In this document: piece after piece, positions 37,498 through 51,627 of the stretch | Layout of the letters: each line of letters opens with the position of its first letter | Position numbering within the stretch: position 1 is the first letter of the stretch | NCBI GenBank assembly: GCA_010909165.1 | Contig: MU008164.1 | Coordinates: 1,054,001-1,118,000 of the forward strand | Direction of reading: 5' to 3' | DNA length: 64,000 bases | Origin: Anthoceros angustus | Taxonomy: Eukaryota; Plantae; Anthocerotophyta | Notes under the pieces: model-generated | What the model saw: only the letters and a program-made list of their open reading frames with translations | What the model was told of the DNA's origin: nothing | Databases searched by the model: none | Program-made: the position numbers and the translations under genes

Positions 37498-39732
37498 ATG
37501 GGGTCAAATGGTCCCGCTGCTGTGCACCCTCCCGGAATTGAAGAACCAGCGAGTCCTTATCTCGACTCGAAGGCGACACGGCTGGTGGACCTTCGGTCGG
37601 ATACCGTGACCAAGCCTACTCCCAAGATGCTGAGCGCCATGGCTGCTGCAGAGGTGGATGACGACGTGCTCGGGGTGGACCCGACTGTGGAGAGGCTGCA
37701 GCAGCAGATGGCCAAGGTGCTCGGCAAAGAAGCTGGTCTGTTCGTGCCGTCTGGAACCATGGGAAATCTCATCAGCGTGCTGGTTCATTGTGAGGTTGGT
37801 TTTCTTTCTCCGATGCTTCCATCGGCAGTGAGGAAGTTTTTGCTTGCATTCTGCCCTTCAGGAGTCACTCCGTTGCTGGTGCAGGTTCGTGGTAGTGAGG
37901 TGATACTGGGCTCAGAGTGCCACATTCACGTGTATGAGCAAGGGGGAATTGCCACTTTGGGCGGTGTGTATCCCCATCTCATCCCTAACAACCCTGATGG
38001 TACCATGGACTTGGGGAAGGTAGAAGCTGCCATCAGGCCAGATGATGAGCATTGTCCAACTAGTCGCCTCATCTGTATCGAGAATACTCACAACAGGTAT
38101 ACATAACCAAGCTTTCTAAATTTGGGTAGACCAGGTTGAGCACAGTGAAGGTGGTTGGTGACAGCCCTCCCTACTTGCTTGCTGCTGTACTGAGCCGCCT
38201 GTGACCATCCAGATGTGGGGGAAGATGCATCTCGGCTGAGTACACGGACAAGATCAGTGAGCTTGCCAAGTGGTATGGTTTGAAACTGCATGTCGATGGT
38301 GCCCGTATCTTCAATGCCTCCAACGTGAGTGCCACTTCGTATTTGGTTAGCTTGTCAAACAATGCTTGAATATTGCTGGTCAACAGAAGGCATACAAAGT
38401 GACAGACATTCAATGAGGGGTTTCTTGACGGCATGTGTATCTGACCACTCCAGTGAAGTTACTGAAGTATAGCCTTTTCTTGTTCATAGGCGCTGGGTGT
38501 TCCCGCAGAGAGGCTAGTGCGAGCAGCGGATTCTGTCTCTGTGAGTGCTGTACTTTCCATGTTGCACCTGTTTGTACAGATGCAGCTTCTTTTCTGTCAA
38601 GTCCGTGCTCTGGTGCTGTTTTTTAGCAGACTTGCTTTGTCCACTCTGTGAATCGTTGATCAAGTGAAATTGGCGCAGGTTTGCCTATCAAAAGGGTTAG
38701 CTGCACCCGTTGGCAGTGTCATCGTTGGTTCACATTCCTTCATCAGAAAGGTATGGTGGCCCCTTGTTGTCTCCTAGGTCATGAGCATTGGTAGCATACT
38801 TGCAGCTTTTCACACGACTCGTTTCCTACCTGCAGGCAAGGAAATTGAGAAAAGCTTTGGGCGGTGGCATGCGGCAGGTTGGTGTTTTGGCTGCAGCTGG
38901 TTTGGTGGCATTGGAAGACATGGCAGGCAGACTTGAGCATGATCACAGAAATGCTCTCGTCCTAGCAGGTATACGCATCCTTTTGAAATCAATGGTATGC
39001 CTCTTAGTCTGAAGGAATGGAGGGCATAACTATCCACATACAGCAAGACGCTGCATTTTCTTCTCCTTACTTTAGTGCCTCCACTGTTGTCTGACGGCTT
39101 GTGGCCTTGGTAAATGCAGAAGGTCTGGCTGCTATTGCAGGCCTAAAGGTGGACCTTGCCAGTGTACAGACCAACATCGTAAGGTCCGACAACACTTACA
39201 TAGGGTTACGACCAAGCTCCAAGGTCATAGCTGAGGTGACGTGGTGCTTCCACAGGTGTATGCCGAAGTGACTTCAGCGTCGGGACTTGGAGCCGAGGAG
39301 CTTTGTGAAGCTTTGAAGGAACATGGCATTCTGGCATTGACTTTCGGACCCACTGCGTAATTCCATTTCCCCTCTGCATGATCAGTCCTGATCTTTTGAG
39401 CTTGCTTTTCGAGGATAAAGTTTCTAGAGCATGCTAACAACGGAAACAAGTTGGTCATGCCTGCCTCTTTGATTTCGCAGCATCCGGGTCGTGACTCATT
39501 ACCAAATATCAGAAGACGACGTCCGATTTGCTATCTCACGCTTCCAGGTACATGTCTGCAACTTTTCTCCCACTCTAATCCCGCAAAACGCACTGCAGAT
39601 CTCATCTGAACATGGAATCGCCTCATCTGTCGAGTTGCGAAATGCAGGAATGACCCTGTGTTACTGGCTGTTTGACAGGATACATTGTTGAGAACAGCAG
39701 CGAAGGCCCAAGTGACACAAATCCAAGTCTAA
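37498..39732 (+). CDS. THA1: Low-specificity L-threonine aldolase (PLP-dependent), multi-exon
   Basis: [47 protein letters not shown] and [12 protein letters not shown]. An upstream exon cannot be excluded. Confidence 0.93.
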
Positions 39733-40078
39733 AAAATGTAGGGCTTTACTAGGTAGATCTGCAAAAGTTCTGTAGCAAACAATCCTGGGAGACAATTCTC
39801 TACAAACATATGGAGTACCTACAAGGTTACCGTACGGACAGATAAAAAAGCCAGGACAGTGCACAGTATAGGAGTGGCCAAGTTGGGCCAGCTTGCCAGG
39901 AGCTGGCCAAGAAGACTCCGTACATTGGAGCTTCTTGTTGAACGCACGTCTCTGCCGAAGAGAAGTTCTTGTAGGTTTAAGCGACATTCATATGCAAGGT
40001 TGTCGGTCGTCAAGTGGAAGACGATGAGACGTGTCAACAGGAAACCCTGATCCGGATGCCGCTGGCAACCTTGCAAGA

Positions 40079-40971
40079 ATGGCGATCACCAAAATCTACG
40101 TTGTGTGAGTCAGTTATGCAATTCTGTGTGAGTCGTTGATGCAACATAGTGTTGTCCTGGATCGATCCTGTGCTGTTCCCATGGTGTAATCCTGCAAGCC
40201 CGGTTCCTGGTGTGCAGGTATTACTCGATGTATGGACATGTTGCGGCACTAGCAGAGCAGATCAAGAAGGGAGCCGAGTCCGTGGAGGGAGTTGAGGCAA
40301 CTCTATGGCAGGTTGTACGGATCCGCGCCATGGAACCAACGCAATCCAATGCAATTCAATGCAAGTTTCTTCTGATCCAAAGCGCTTTTCTTTCAGGTCC
40401 CGGAGACACTGCCGCAGGAGGTGCTGAAGGAGATGCACGCTCCCCCGAAGTCATCGGTGCAGATCATCCAGCCTTCGCAGCTGGCTGAAGCGGACGGGCT
40501 GGTGTTCGGGTTTCCAACCAGGTTGGGCATGATGGCAGCTCAGTTCAAGGCGTTTCTTGATGCAACGGGAGGGCTTTGGAGAGCACAGCAATTGGCTGGC
40601 AAGCCTGCTGGGATTTTCTACAGCACGGGATCCCAAGGTGGCGGTCAGGAGACCACAGCGTGAGCCCCTCCACAAAGCTTGTGCTCACTTTTTTCAGGGG
40701 CCTGGAATTGTGTGCTGACGTCAGTCCTTTCTCCTGCAGCCTGACTGCCATCACACAGTTGACGCATCACGGGCTCATCTTTGTGCCTGTGGGATATACA
40801 TTTGGTGCAAACATGTACGATTTGGGAGAGGTGAGAGGAGGCTCGCCCTACGGAGCAGGAACATATGCCGGCGACGGAAGCCGCTGGCCGTCCAAAGTTG
40901 AGCTTGAATTTGCACATCATCAGGGCAAGTACATTGCAGGCATAGCTAAAAAGTTGAAGGCCGCTGCCTAG
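40079..40971 (+). CDS. FQR1: NAD(P)H:quinone oxidoreductase, flavodoxin-like (WrbA family), 4 exons
   Basis: MAITKIYVV|[41 protein letters not shown] and [14 protein letters not shown]. Confidence 0.95.
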
Positions 40972-43363
40972 TTGGTCTACATGGATGGAATTGTTGGATG
41001 CATTGGTCTTACCGTCGCCACTGTTAGTTGCAAATTGGCACTAAAAGTGAAGGAAGAGTTCACAAAGTTTACAACCAACCAGTTCACAAGCGCCTTTCAT
41101 TATTATTTCGATTACCGTACCTGAGGGGTGGCTCAACAGGATAATGCCGAAATAATTATTTTTTGAAAAAAATAAGGTTCAACATGAATATTTATATTTT
41201 TTAAAAATTTTAATATTTATAAAAAATATTTTTATTAAATTTCAACATTTATTAAAATACATAGGTATATATATATATAACTAATGGATATGTACAGACC
41301 TCCCCTAAACAGGCCCTAATTTTTCATAAAAACCCTAATTTCTAAACTCATAAATTTTTACCTATTCAACATTTTAAGTATAATAATTTCTGGATTTTTA
41401 ACTTTTACTAATTTTAATTAATTAACGCCGAATCACCCCTTGTTCCACCTTTCGCCTCATACTCATCGCGTAATGGGCCCAAAGTCACCGACATCTGCAA
41501 TAGGTACTAATGAATCCTCTTATGGTCATTGGCAGAGAGAGTCACCTTTGTACCTTTTCCAATTGGTCGCTCAACGTCTTCATCCTCATGGCGTTGATGA
41601 ATCAGTCGTGAGAAAGACGGATGCTTCCCAGCCATGTACTCTGCAGCATAATGCATGCCTTCCAAGACAAGATGCCCTTTAGCCATGCTTCCTTCCGGCC
41701 TGGCTTTGTTCCGCACATGGCACTTCAGCACATGCATATATCGCTCAATTGGATACATCCACCTGGCGTGCATAGTGCCGTGTGTTCCCTCCTCCCCACC
41801 AAATGAATGATTAAGTGTTGCATTATATTCCAAAAGTTAGAGGGAAAAAACTACTCAAACCTGATCATCATATCCACCGTGTCGCGTTCCCTCTGACTAA
41901 TTTTTTCCGACCGAATTGAAGGCTGACATATCCATATGTACGTAGAATGCCCCCAACTGGCATATCAATGTATATTCATCATTCCCAAGGTGACCCTTTA
42001 GCGCGATTGGAAGGTAATATTGCATCAACAAATGCCAATCATGGCTCTTCAGGCCGGTAACCTTAGCTCCGCTGAAACAAGTTTTCAGATTCGCGCCGAA
42101 GCTTTGTAGGTGGCCGCATGGAACATATCTCAAACTTCACTGCCTCAACCTGTGGCCGCGTGAGGACATAAGGTGCACTAGGCAGGGCCGGGGTTTCCCC
42201 CTCATACACGGGCCACACCCAGGGTTTGGAATCCAAGGCCTCCATATCCAGCCGAGCGTTAACGTATCCCATTTCCCCGTAATTATGTGCCAGAGCGCTT
42301 GATAGTTATTCACTTCGACGTGCATAACATCTTTTAACCAAAGTTTCTCCAGACTCTGCATAGAAACACAATCAGTTGAGTCATTCACATGTCAAGGACA
42401 CCATGTTTTCACAAATCACACGGGCAAGGCATTACTTGAAGGTAGGGCAATTTCATGAAGAACAATGATTGCCGCTTCACGCTCGATTCTGGCGTGAGGA
42501 CATAAGGTGCACTAAGCGGGGTTTCCCCCTCATACACGGGCCACACCCAGGGTTTGGAATCCAAGGCCTCCATATCCAGCCGAGCGTTAACGTATCCCAT
42601 TTCCCCGTAATTATGTGCCAGAGCGCTTGATAGTTATTCACTTCGACGTGCATAACATCTTTTAACCAAAGTTTCTCCAGACTCTGCATAGAAACACAAT
42701 CAGTTGAGTCATTCACATGTCAACAGACACCATGTTTTCACAAATCACACGGGCAAGGCATTACTTGAAGGTAGGGCAATTTCATGAAGAACAATGATTG
42801 CCGCTTCACGCTCCAGTTACGCGTCTGAGCCCGCTCTGCCACTAATGCAATACTCCATCTACCCATCTTAGCCACAATGGCATTGACATCGTGGATGGGT
42901 GGAGGGGCCCGCACCTCAACCTGGTTGTTGAACGCGTCACGGTTATTTCGCCGCCGCGGGTCCCGTCTACTGGCGGACCATCGCCGATTTTCGGCATATA
43001 GCATGCATCTTGTCCAAAGAGTCCGACCACCGGGGCTCTAAACCTGGTCCACAATCCACACATGCTGCATATCCTCGCACCTGCAAGCCGAATAAGTTCC
43101 CCAAGCCAAGATAGTCACAAGTGGAAAGGAGCAGCGCTGTGCGCAGTGTGAAAGAACGCTTTGGGTCGCCTTCCTTCTTGGAGAAATTCGTTGCTGGGAT
43201 GCCTTCCCACAAGGTTTGCAGCTCATCTAAGAGGGGCTCAAGGTAAACATCCAAATTTGGGGCTTGTTTCGGCCCCGGCACAATGAGCGGCAGCAACATA
43301 TATTGCTTCTTGGTTGCCATCCAAGGCGGCAAATTGTGAATTACCAATACCACCGGCCAGATT

Positions 43364-46300
43364 TGAAGGATCGTGTGGCAGCCCATGATGGTGGAAAGAG
43401 GAGAGGAGAGGAGGAGGCAAGAGTAGCTCTCTCACATTGAGATGAGGCTTTGGAGGGTATTTATACCTCCAATAGGCTCCTAGGAAGCTCCACAAGAAGC
43501 CCCTAGGAAGGAGCACAAGAAGCTTCCTAGTGATTAGCTTGCTAAACTAATGATACTTAATCGACACCTAACTTAGACTAAGTGTATTAGTCTAAGTACA
43601 TTGGGCTTTAATACCCTTACAACCTCCCACTTAAAGGCCAATTTACCTTCAGAAGAATGGACTACCTCATGCCCATGTCCGAGCTTGTGCAAATTGTCTA
43701 GAGAGTCCCTTGGTAAGAATATCTGCGGGGTTGGTGGTGTGAACCTTGACAAGTTGTACCCTCTTGTCATCCAACACCTCTCGAATGAAGTGATACTTCA
43801 CATCCACATGTTTAGTCTTCGCATGAAACATCGGATTCTTTGCCAATTGGATAGCACTGCTATCACAATGCAACACCGGCTCAACCTTGATCCCCAAGTC
43901 TCCCACTAAACGAGCAAGCCATATGGCTTCCTTGCAAGCCTCGCCACGCAACATACTCGGCCTCTGTGGTAGATAGCGTAATGCACGATCGCAAACGAGA
44001 TCGCCATGAGATCGCCTCCAAAGGCACATGAAGACATAACTCGATGTGGACCTCCTTTTGTCCATATCCTGATAATCATCTGTACCCAACCACACATGCA
44101 TCTTCACTACCAAAACATATGCACAAAGCTTTTGTACCATTCGATACCTCATAACTCCTTTTATCGCCTCCCAATGCTTCTTGCCGGTTTGACATAAACT
44201 CGCTAACCACTCCCACCGCAAAGGCAATGTCGGACGTAGCAATCATTGCATACATCAAACTCCCTACATGATGAGTATGGGACCTTCTCCATTTCAGCTT
44301 TTGTCCTCCTCGAGCTTGGGCAATCCGCGCTTGAAAGTTTCACATATGGAGGCAATGGAGTACCCAATGGCTTCCCTTCTCCATGTTGAAACGTTGAAGC
44401 ACCCTGTTAATGTATTCCGTCTGAGACAAATAAAGCAGACGCTTATGTCTGTTCCGACGAATACGCATGCCAAGTATATGGCTCGCCTCCCAAGTCTCAT
44501 TTCAAAGTGAGCATTCAACTTTGACTTCAACGAAATCTCATCAAGATCGCTCAAAGAATTAGCATATCATCCACATAGAGGATCAAAATGAGCAAGCTTT
44601 GATCCTTAGCTTGCTTCAGATAGAGGCAATGATCCTCATCGCCACGCTTGTAGCCTTGAGAAAGCATAAATGAGTGGAACTTGTGATACCACTCTGGTGC
44701 TGTTTCAAACCATAAAGGCTCTTCCTCAACCTCGCACACCGATTCTCTTTGCCCTTCTCAACAAAACCTTCCGTTGCCGCATGTAGACTTCCTCTTGAAG
44801 GTCACCATGCAAGAATGCCGCCTTGACATCCATCCATGCAAGTTCCATATCATTCGCAACCAAAGCAAGAACACATCGCAAAGTTGTCATTTTGACTCGG
44901 TGAGAAAATCTCATCAAAGTCAATGCCTGTTGTTGCTTGAAACCCTTAGCAACCAATCGTGCCTTGTACTTTGGTTTGCCATCAAGGGTATGACCTTCAT
45001 CTTGTACACCCATTTGCCAGAGTGCCTTCTTATCCTAGGCAACCAACCAACTCCCAAGTTTGGTTCTTATGCGTAATTCATTTCGATCGCATGGCCTTCT
45101 CCCACTTCTCTTTGTTACTCATTGACATGGCCTCTTTGTAAGAAGAGGGTTCCCCACAATCACAACATGACATAATCCAGATGGATCATACCGCCGAGGT
45201 CGTGTAATCCTCGACCTAAGCATGTGCACCTCTATAGGTGCTTGTTCGACTCTTGGTTCATCTATCGGTGGAGGAATGTGCCCCGCACATTACCACGTAT
45301 CAACGCCCATGATGATCATGTCCATCTTCTTGGAAGATCACCCTTCGCACCTCCACGCTTGGAGTAGGCTTCCTGTGCATCTTGTTCTCATTGAAGAACA
45401 CGTCGTTAGTACGAACAACCTTTCTAGCCTCGGATCCCACAAACGGTATCCCATCTCACGAATCACCATAGCCAAGAAAAATACATTTCTTGGACTTAGG
45501 TGCCAACTTGTCCCAACTCTTTTGGAACATGGCGGTATGCCTCACCAAACACTCGCAGATGCTTGTAGGATGGTTTCTTTCCGCACCATAGCTCCTCGAA
45601 CTCGCTCATCAATTTTATTAGGAGATCATTAATAAGATGAACTGCAGAGACATCGCTCGCCCAAAACCCATTAGGCAATCCAGTTTGACAACAAAACCAC
45701 GCATCCTCTCCTCGAATGGTTCTGCTTCATCCGCCACCACACCATTTTGTGGAGGAGTATACGATAATTTCTTTTGATTCCCTTGGAATCACGAATGACC
45801 GAAAGCTTTCGAAACATACTCTCCACCATTATCTCCCTTAGACACTTCAATCGGTGGCCGATCGATTCTCTACAAGGGTGACAAATTTCTGAAACACCGT
45901 CGGAACTTCATCCTTTTTCCTCAAAGGATAAACCCACACCTTGCGTGAGAAAATCATCTATGAAAGTGACAAAATAGGAGGCACCGCCTAATGATGCAGA
46001 GGCATAGGTCCACATACATCACGTGAACCAACTCAAGAGGTTTACTCCTACTTTACCTCTTGTTCGATGTGATGATTTTGTCTGCTTCCCATATAAACAA
46101 AGGCTCACACATCGAGAGATCGAGAAGTTAAGAACAGGATATAACCGTAACGAGATAAAACCTTCATTCCCTTCTCGAGACATATGTCCTAACCGCAATG
46201 CCACAAGGAAACATTTGGTCGCTCACATATCACATGATCTTTGAGTTTACTCAAGTGAGTACAAAGTGCCACACTTCGATCCACGAGCTAACACAGAGAA

Positions 46301-48056
46301 CCTTTGGAGATCTTCCAAGAGTGATCCCCAAACCAAGTGGTAACCAAAGATCATCCAACATCTGCGCTAATCATGCTCTTTGTCAACTTCGAACATGCCT
46401 AACGCCCTTCAAAGATGAATGAAGATCCGTTGTCAAACTTGAGTTGCACATCACCACGCCGCGATCCGCATGCATAGTTATTTCCAAGCCTAACGCATCC
46501 TTTCCTTGTAGCATCATACGCTAAACCACTCTATGAGGAGTAACATGGAAAGATGCACCGAGTCAATTATCCAATTGCGTAATAAATGACTATCCACGGT
46601 ATTAATGTGGCAAAGATTCAAGTAAGAAGAGATAAGGACATCTCCGTCCTCAGAGTTTAACTCTTCCAACTCGACATTCAAGTCGCCTTCTTGTCCCCGC
46701 TTCTCTTTTCCTTGGTCCTTTTGAACTTCTCGCACTCTCTTTTGAAGTGACCCTTTGTGACAATAGTGACACTCCACATTCTTGTTACGACTACGAGATT
46801 TGCTACGAGAAAAGCTTCGTCGGTTGCTTCCCTTCGCAGTGGACCTCCCTCTCACTATGAGGGCACCGGAACCTTTGGAAGGTTCCATGTTTTCCTCACC
46901 TCCTCGCCAATGTGCTACCTTCTACATTTACAATGGTAAGACCACTAGCAAAGGCACTACTCGATGCATTTAAAGGTGTCCCAACTCTCGTAATGTGACC
47001 AATGAAACATAGCTCTCACTAACTGGGAATGTGATACCTTGAGATGAGAGTCGGCTGAAAATGGTATTGAAATCATTCGGATGATCGGACATCCTCGTCC
47101 CTTCCTTCATCTTCAAGTCCACCACCGTTTCAACCAATACACCGAGAGCCGCACTTTGCTTCTCATACAGTCACATACCGCCACACCGTAACTCGTGGTC
47201 TTATCTTTCACATTGAAGTACACTGCTTTTGACAATGTTAGCATGATAGTAGATCTAGCAAGCTCATCCAGTCCCGCCACTCATCCCGGGTCATACTATC
47301 CGGTTTGACGCCTAACAACTTTATGGGCTTGATCCGCTCGCACTAGAACATTATACACTTGTTCTTTCCAACGGAAGTTAGTACCATCTAACTTCTCGAT
47401 ATTGAACATGACGCTCGATGATGAAGACATCATGACTCAAAATCGATGATAAAACACTGACTCGCCTTGTCGAAAAGTCAAAGAAGAAAACAACACCGCG
47501 CCCGCTATTTTTTTGGATCGCTCCACGAGTATTCCAATAATTTTCGGCGAATTTTCTCGCTGGCTGCTGTCGGCACCCACGATTATTTCGTGCCGAGTTC
47601 TTGGCGCCCGCGCCGCGCCGCGCCGCGCCGCGCCGCGCCGCGCCGCGCCGCGCCCGCCGCGCCGCGCCGCGCCGCGCCGCGCCGCGCCGCGCCGCGCCGC
47701 GCCGCGCCGCGCCGCGCCGCGCCGCGCCGCGCCGCGCCGCGCCGCGCCGCGCCGCGCCGCGCCGCGCCGCGCCGCGCCGCGCCGCGCCGCGCCGCGCCGC
47801 GCCAGCGCATGACCATGATGGTGGAAAGAGGAGAGGAGAGGAGGAGGCAAGAGTAGCTCTCTCACATTGAGATGAGGCTTTGGAGGATATTTATACCCTC
47901 CAACATGGCTCCCTAGGAAGCTCCACAAGAAGCCCCTAGGAAGGAGCACAAGAAGCTTCCTAGTGATTAGCTTCAGCTAAACTAATGATACTTAACTGAC
48001 ACCTAACTTAGACTAAGTGTATTAGTCTAAGTACATTGGGCTTTAATACCCTTACA
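43364..48056 (-). mobile_element. Ty1/copia LTR retrotransposon (copia-3) inserted in the CACTA transposase
   Basis: LTRs at 43364-43621 and ~47813-48056, perfect 5-bp TSD AGATT (43359-43363 and 48057-48061), PPT next to 43621, and gag/INT/RT (LYVDDML)/RNase H (FHAKTKHVDVKYHFIRE) fragments. Removing the element rejoins transposase AYSI|WPV. Confidence 0.95.
47608..47803. repeat. (GCCGC)n pentanucleotide run
   Basis: About 39 near-perfect copies, directly visible. Confidence 0.9.
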
Positions 48057-50230
48057 AGATTGAGTACGCACTTGAGCGGTGTCCGCCAGGATTGAGGCCA
48101 TCTATGGAGATAGAGAACCGGATGTTCCGGTCTTCGACCCCAAAATTGTCAACCTCATCCAATTTCCGCCAGGCAGGAGTGTCGGAGAGAGTTCGCATTT
48201 CACCGTCACCACAACGGTGCCTTGCAAACCATGTGATGGCCTTAGCAAGTGCTGGGCACCGGAACATCCTTTGCAGTCGCTCAATAACAGGGAAATAAAA
48301 TAGGGTCTTCCTGCGGATGGCCGCGCTCCTCTTTCCCTTATGTTCCATGTAGAAAGGTTCACCGTACCAGCAATGTGTTGCGTTTGAGGCAAGGCCCCAT
48401 GCCAACATGCAACCTTTCACACACGCTAGAATTCGCTAACAACTCTGGCCCACACGCTCAAGAATCTGCCGTGCATCTTGCCTGCTGGGAGGTAGTGTGT
48501 TTCCAGGCAGAAGAGCAATGTGAAACAGACCAAAGAAAGCGTCCATGGCTGCATTTGATACGTTGAACTTGTCTTGAATTGTGAACATTGCAAGGGTCAT
48601 TGAAAGACGGTTTTCGACGCTTTTGCACGGGGTGTTGATATGAAACAAGCATATATTGGCTTGTTCCCTAAGGGAATCCTGCAACGGGTCTTCAACTCCA
48701 AAGATGAATATGGGCTCTTCCGAGACATCATGCAGCGGTGGGGAGGGTGGATGGTCCTCCTGCAATGCGTCCATGTCTGCCACACCATTCTGCAAAGCAT
48801 CCCCTGCGCACTCAGCATGTCCACCTTCGGTGCGTACTGCAGGCCAATTGGCTGGTGGCCACCCCGGTGGATATTCCTGGACACTATACAGAACAAATCA
48901 CCATTCAAGCGCCACTAGCAATTCTGCAACAAATACAACATAGCAATTACAAGGAGAAGGACTTACATGTACGATGAAGAAATTGTCCCAGGCATATGCA
49001 TGCCGCCTAGAAATGTCAGCTCTGATGGGGTGGTCGATCTCTTCACAATTTGGGCAAGGGCATCACAATGTTGGTATCTGGCAGTTTCGAGTGGGCGCTG
49101 CCATAGCTATTGATGTAGACCGAAATGGGTCACGTAAGTGCTAGGAATTTGTGCTCCGTTCAGGCACATGGAGCTTGATGCAGTCGGGGGTTCAGTGCAT
49201 TCGCGGAATAGACCCCTGAACAGGAGAAGCGTGAAAACCATTGGCGGGCGGCCGGAACAGTCTGGAAATGCCAGCAGCACACATTGTATGTTTGCAGGCA
49301 GCTAAAGTTTACGCTATAACTTAGGCAAAGGGAAATGAGGGCAATTACGTCCCTTGTAGGCTTCTGCTTTGTGCCTTCCATGACAAATGAGAGCATTCCT
49401 CAAGCGCCCATCTTCACTGGAAGCTTGTGCGATGGAGGATTTGCTCATGTTTCTGTATAACGCATTACGAAAAAAATGTTGGAGTTCTCGACACCCTTTA
49501 CACAAAGCCAACCAACGCCACGTTTACCCTTCGTCAACCTGACCCCTGTTTCCTTAAACCTTTGTCCAACCCCTTCGTAAACTTACCCTAGAATGGGTAC
49601 GCGGCTTCGGTATGCACTACGACTTCACGACTCGATGAATGGTCCTGTCGGACGGACATTGAAGGTAAGCCGCGGGCCCGCCATGAAGAGGCGCATGGAG
49701 AAGCGGATATACGCTGGGATACCAAGAGGACGGTCCACCGCCAGTCATTTCACGGCCAACTGATTGGTCACCCGGTCCATCTGCACATTCGATTTGACAT
49801 GCAATGACGTCCCCAGCCATGTATTTAAAAAAAGACCTGAAATGGACCAGTATCGGCCATCCAAACCGGGAAACTAACAAACATGATGTTATAATGTCAC
49901 GGATGAAGCGGCGTCATGTTAGCCGCTTAATAAAACGAGCAGCATTCTTGTAGTGTGAGCACCCAACGAGCTAGAATTCATAGACGAGGGGGGCCAGATA
50001 AGGCAACACTTGCTTCTAGAAATACTCCATCCTACAACTGTTGTCGGATCGTGTCCAGATCATCGGTGATTGGAGACAAGTTCTCCCCATCAAAAAGCTT
50101 TGCCACTAGTTTCAAATCCGATCGCCTTGAAAATGTTCCATCTTTTTCGAGTGTGTTCTCGTCCCGGGTTGCAAGTTGACAAATCGGATCCTGATCAACT
50201 TCCCAAACAGTTTCCAGGTCGATCACAATC

Positions 50231-51102
50231 CAACTTCAAATACCGAAGTCATCACGGGGCAGGGTTTGTGTGACAATTTTTTTTTGGCCAGTATTCTACA
50301 TGATGATGCCAAGGCATCTTCAAGATTCCTTCATCACATATGGGCCACATCAGTGCACGATGGGCCGTAGGCGCCATAAACGTTTTTTGTCTCGCAACTT
50401 GCCCTCTGGTGTTCCAATGTCGTCATCTACTTTTATTTCTGCCATTTAGGGTTTTTAGGATACACACATACACATATTTAGGGTTTGCCTGGGCTAGACA
50501 TGGACATATATGTCGGATCGGACATGTCTCGAATGTGGGCATGTTAGACGTTCAAGACTATGTTTCCCTCTCACCGTCGCGCGATGGCCCTAAATGTTCG
50601 CATAGTACATGTTCAAGATGGTGTTTTCCCCATCGTGCATTTGGTGTGCGTGCCAAACAAGATCTGGATGGCTGCCAAAGCCAGTCGTGCAAGGCCTGGA
50701 TGGCTGCCAAGGCCAGTTGCGTGAGGCCTAGATGGCTGCTCCATGCTATTTGCCACAAAGGCCTGGATGGCTGCCAAGGCCAGTCGCGTAAGGCCTGGAT
50801 TGCTGCCAAGGCCAGTTGCGTAAGGCCTGGATGGCTACTCCAGGCAATTTGCCACAAAGGCCTCGTGACGGTTTGTTCATGGCATACTGACAGCCAGATG
50901 GGTGCTTGCGAGGATGTGTGAAGGCCGATAAGAAAGAAAACCTTTTGTGTCGCAACCTAAAAAGAATCTTGACACACCATTTGACGACATCGGCACACTA
51001 GGGGCAGGCACCCTCGGCCGATGTCGTCAAGTGTGTGCGGGAAAACTTCTTATTTAAAGAAACCCTTAGTGGCTCCCTAACGAGATCGATATTTTATAGT
51101 CA
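50231..51102. mobile_element. Non-autonomous TIR element (~870 bp) with ~33-bp subterminal tandem repeats
   Basis: Left end caacttcaaataccgaagtc matches the reverse complement of the 7072 terminus. Repeats aggcctggatggctgccaaggccagt at ~50663-50860. Inverted repeat gacgacatcgg...ccgatgtcgtc at ~50983-51028. Confidence 0.7.
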
Positions 51103-51627
51103 GGACATCAATTAAACATGCAATTAGCTCCACTGAAGTGATAAGAAGCTTATGTCCCCTCTAAACAACAAGCCACACAGTATACACATCGTTATTGAGT
51201 GAGGGCATTTTCTTCGGCAATTGTTTTGCTGTACCATAAACCCTTATAACATAGTCTATGCTTGGGAACCTTTGTATCGGTGACGAAGGTGCAATTATTT
51301 TTTCACACCACTCTTAATCGTTCAAGTGTCCTTGTGATCTGACCCTTCTCCAAAATTAATGCTCTGAAACGGTAATAAGACTTTGCTCCGCACTTGTGAA
51401 GCCCTTGTGTAGGCGTTTGAACAAATTAGCAATTGTAATGCCCGCCTGGGTTTCGTCTGCGATGTTGGTGGTATCACCTATGATGATTCGGGTCGAAACA
51501 AGTATCCTAGCAAGCAATCCACCACAGCTATGCTAAGGCTGTTCCTTGTCACCTACATATCGAGAACTTCCCACTCTCCAGTCAATGTTACTTTTGCTTC
51601 AAAGCCACATGATTAGAAACCTGAACT

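Larger units (their letters stand above)
41440..49955 (-). mobile_element. CACTA (En/Spm) DNA transposon with degenerate Tnp2-type transposase, interrupted by copia-3; left end not found
   Basis: Transposase motifs FPVIERLQRMF, RNIRFSISIDGLNP, WPVVLVIHNLPPW, DVYLEPLLDELQTLWEG, DVMHVE.N, GLKSHDWHLLMQ and RWMYPIERYM..LK. Terminal ttcttgtagtg at 49945-49955 is CACTACAAGAA on the minus strand. Confidence 0.88.

Noticed and set aside
41039-41050. cactaaaag as a possible left CACTA end
   Set aside because: Poor match to CACTACAAGAA, no matching 3-bp TSD, and it lies in the probable FQR1 3'UTR.
47437-47949. RRGAA/RRAAP repeat proteins
   Set aside because: Translations of the (GCCGC)n run.
50660-50860. 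~33-bp repeats resembling a CRISPR array
   Set aside because: Tandem repeats without unique spacers, eukaryotic context, no cas genes; TE subterminal repeats.
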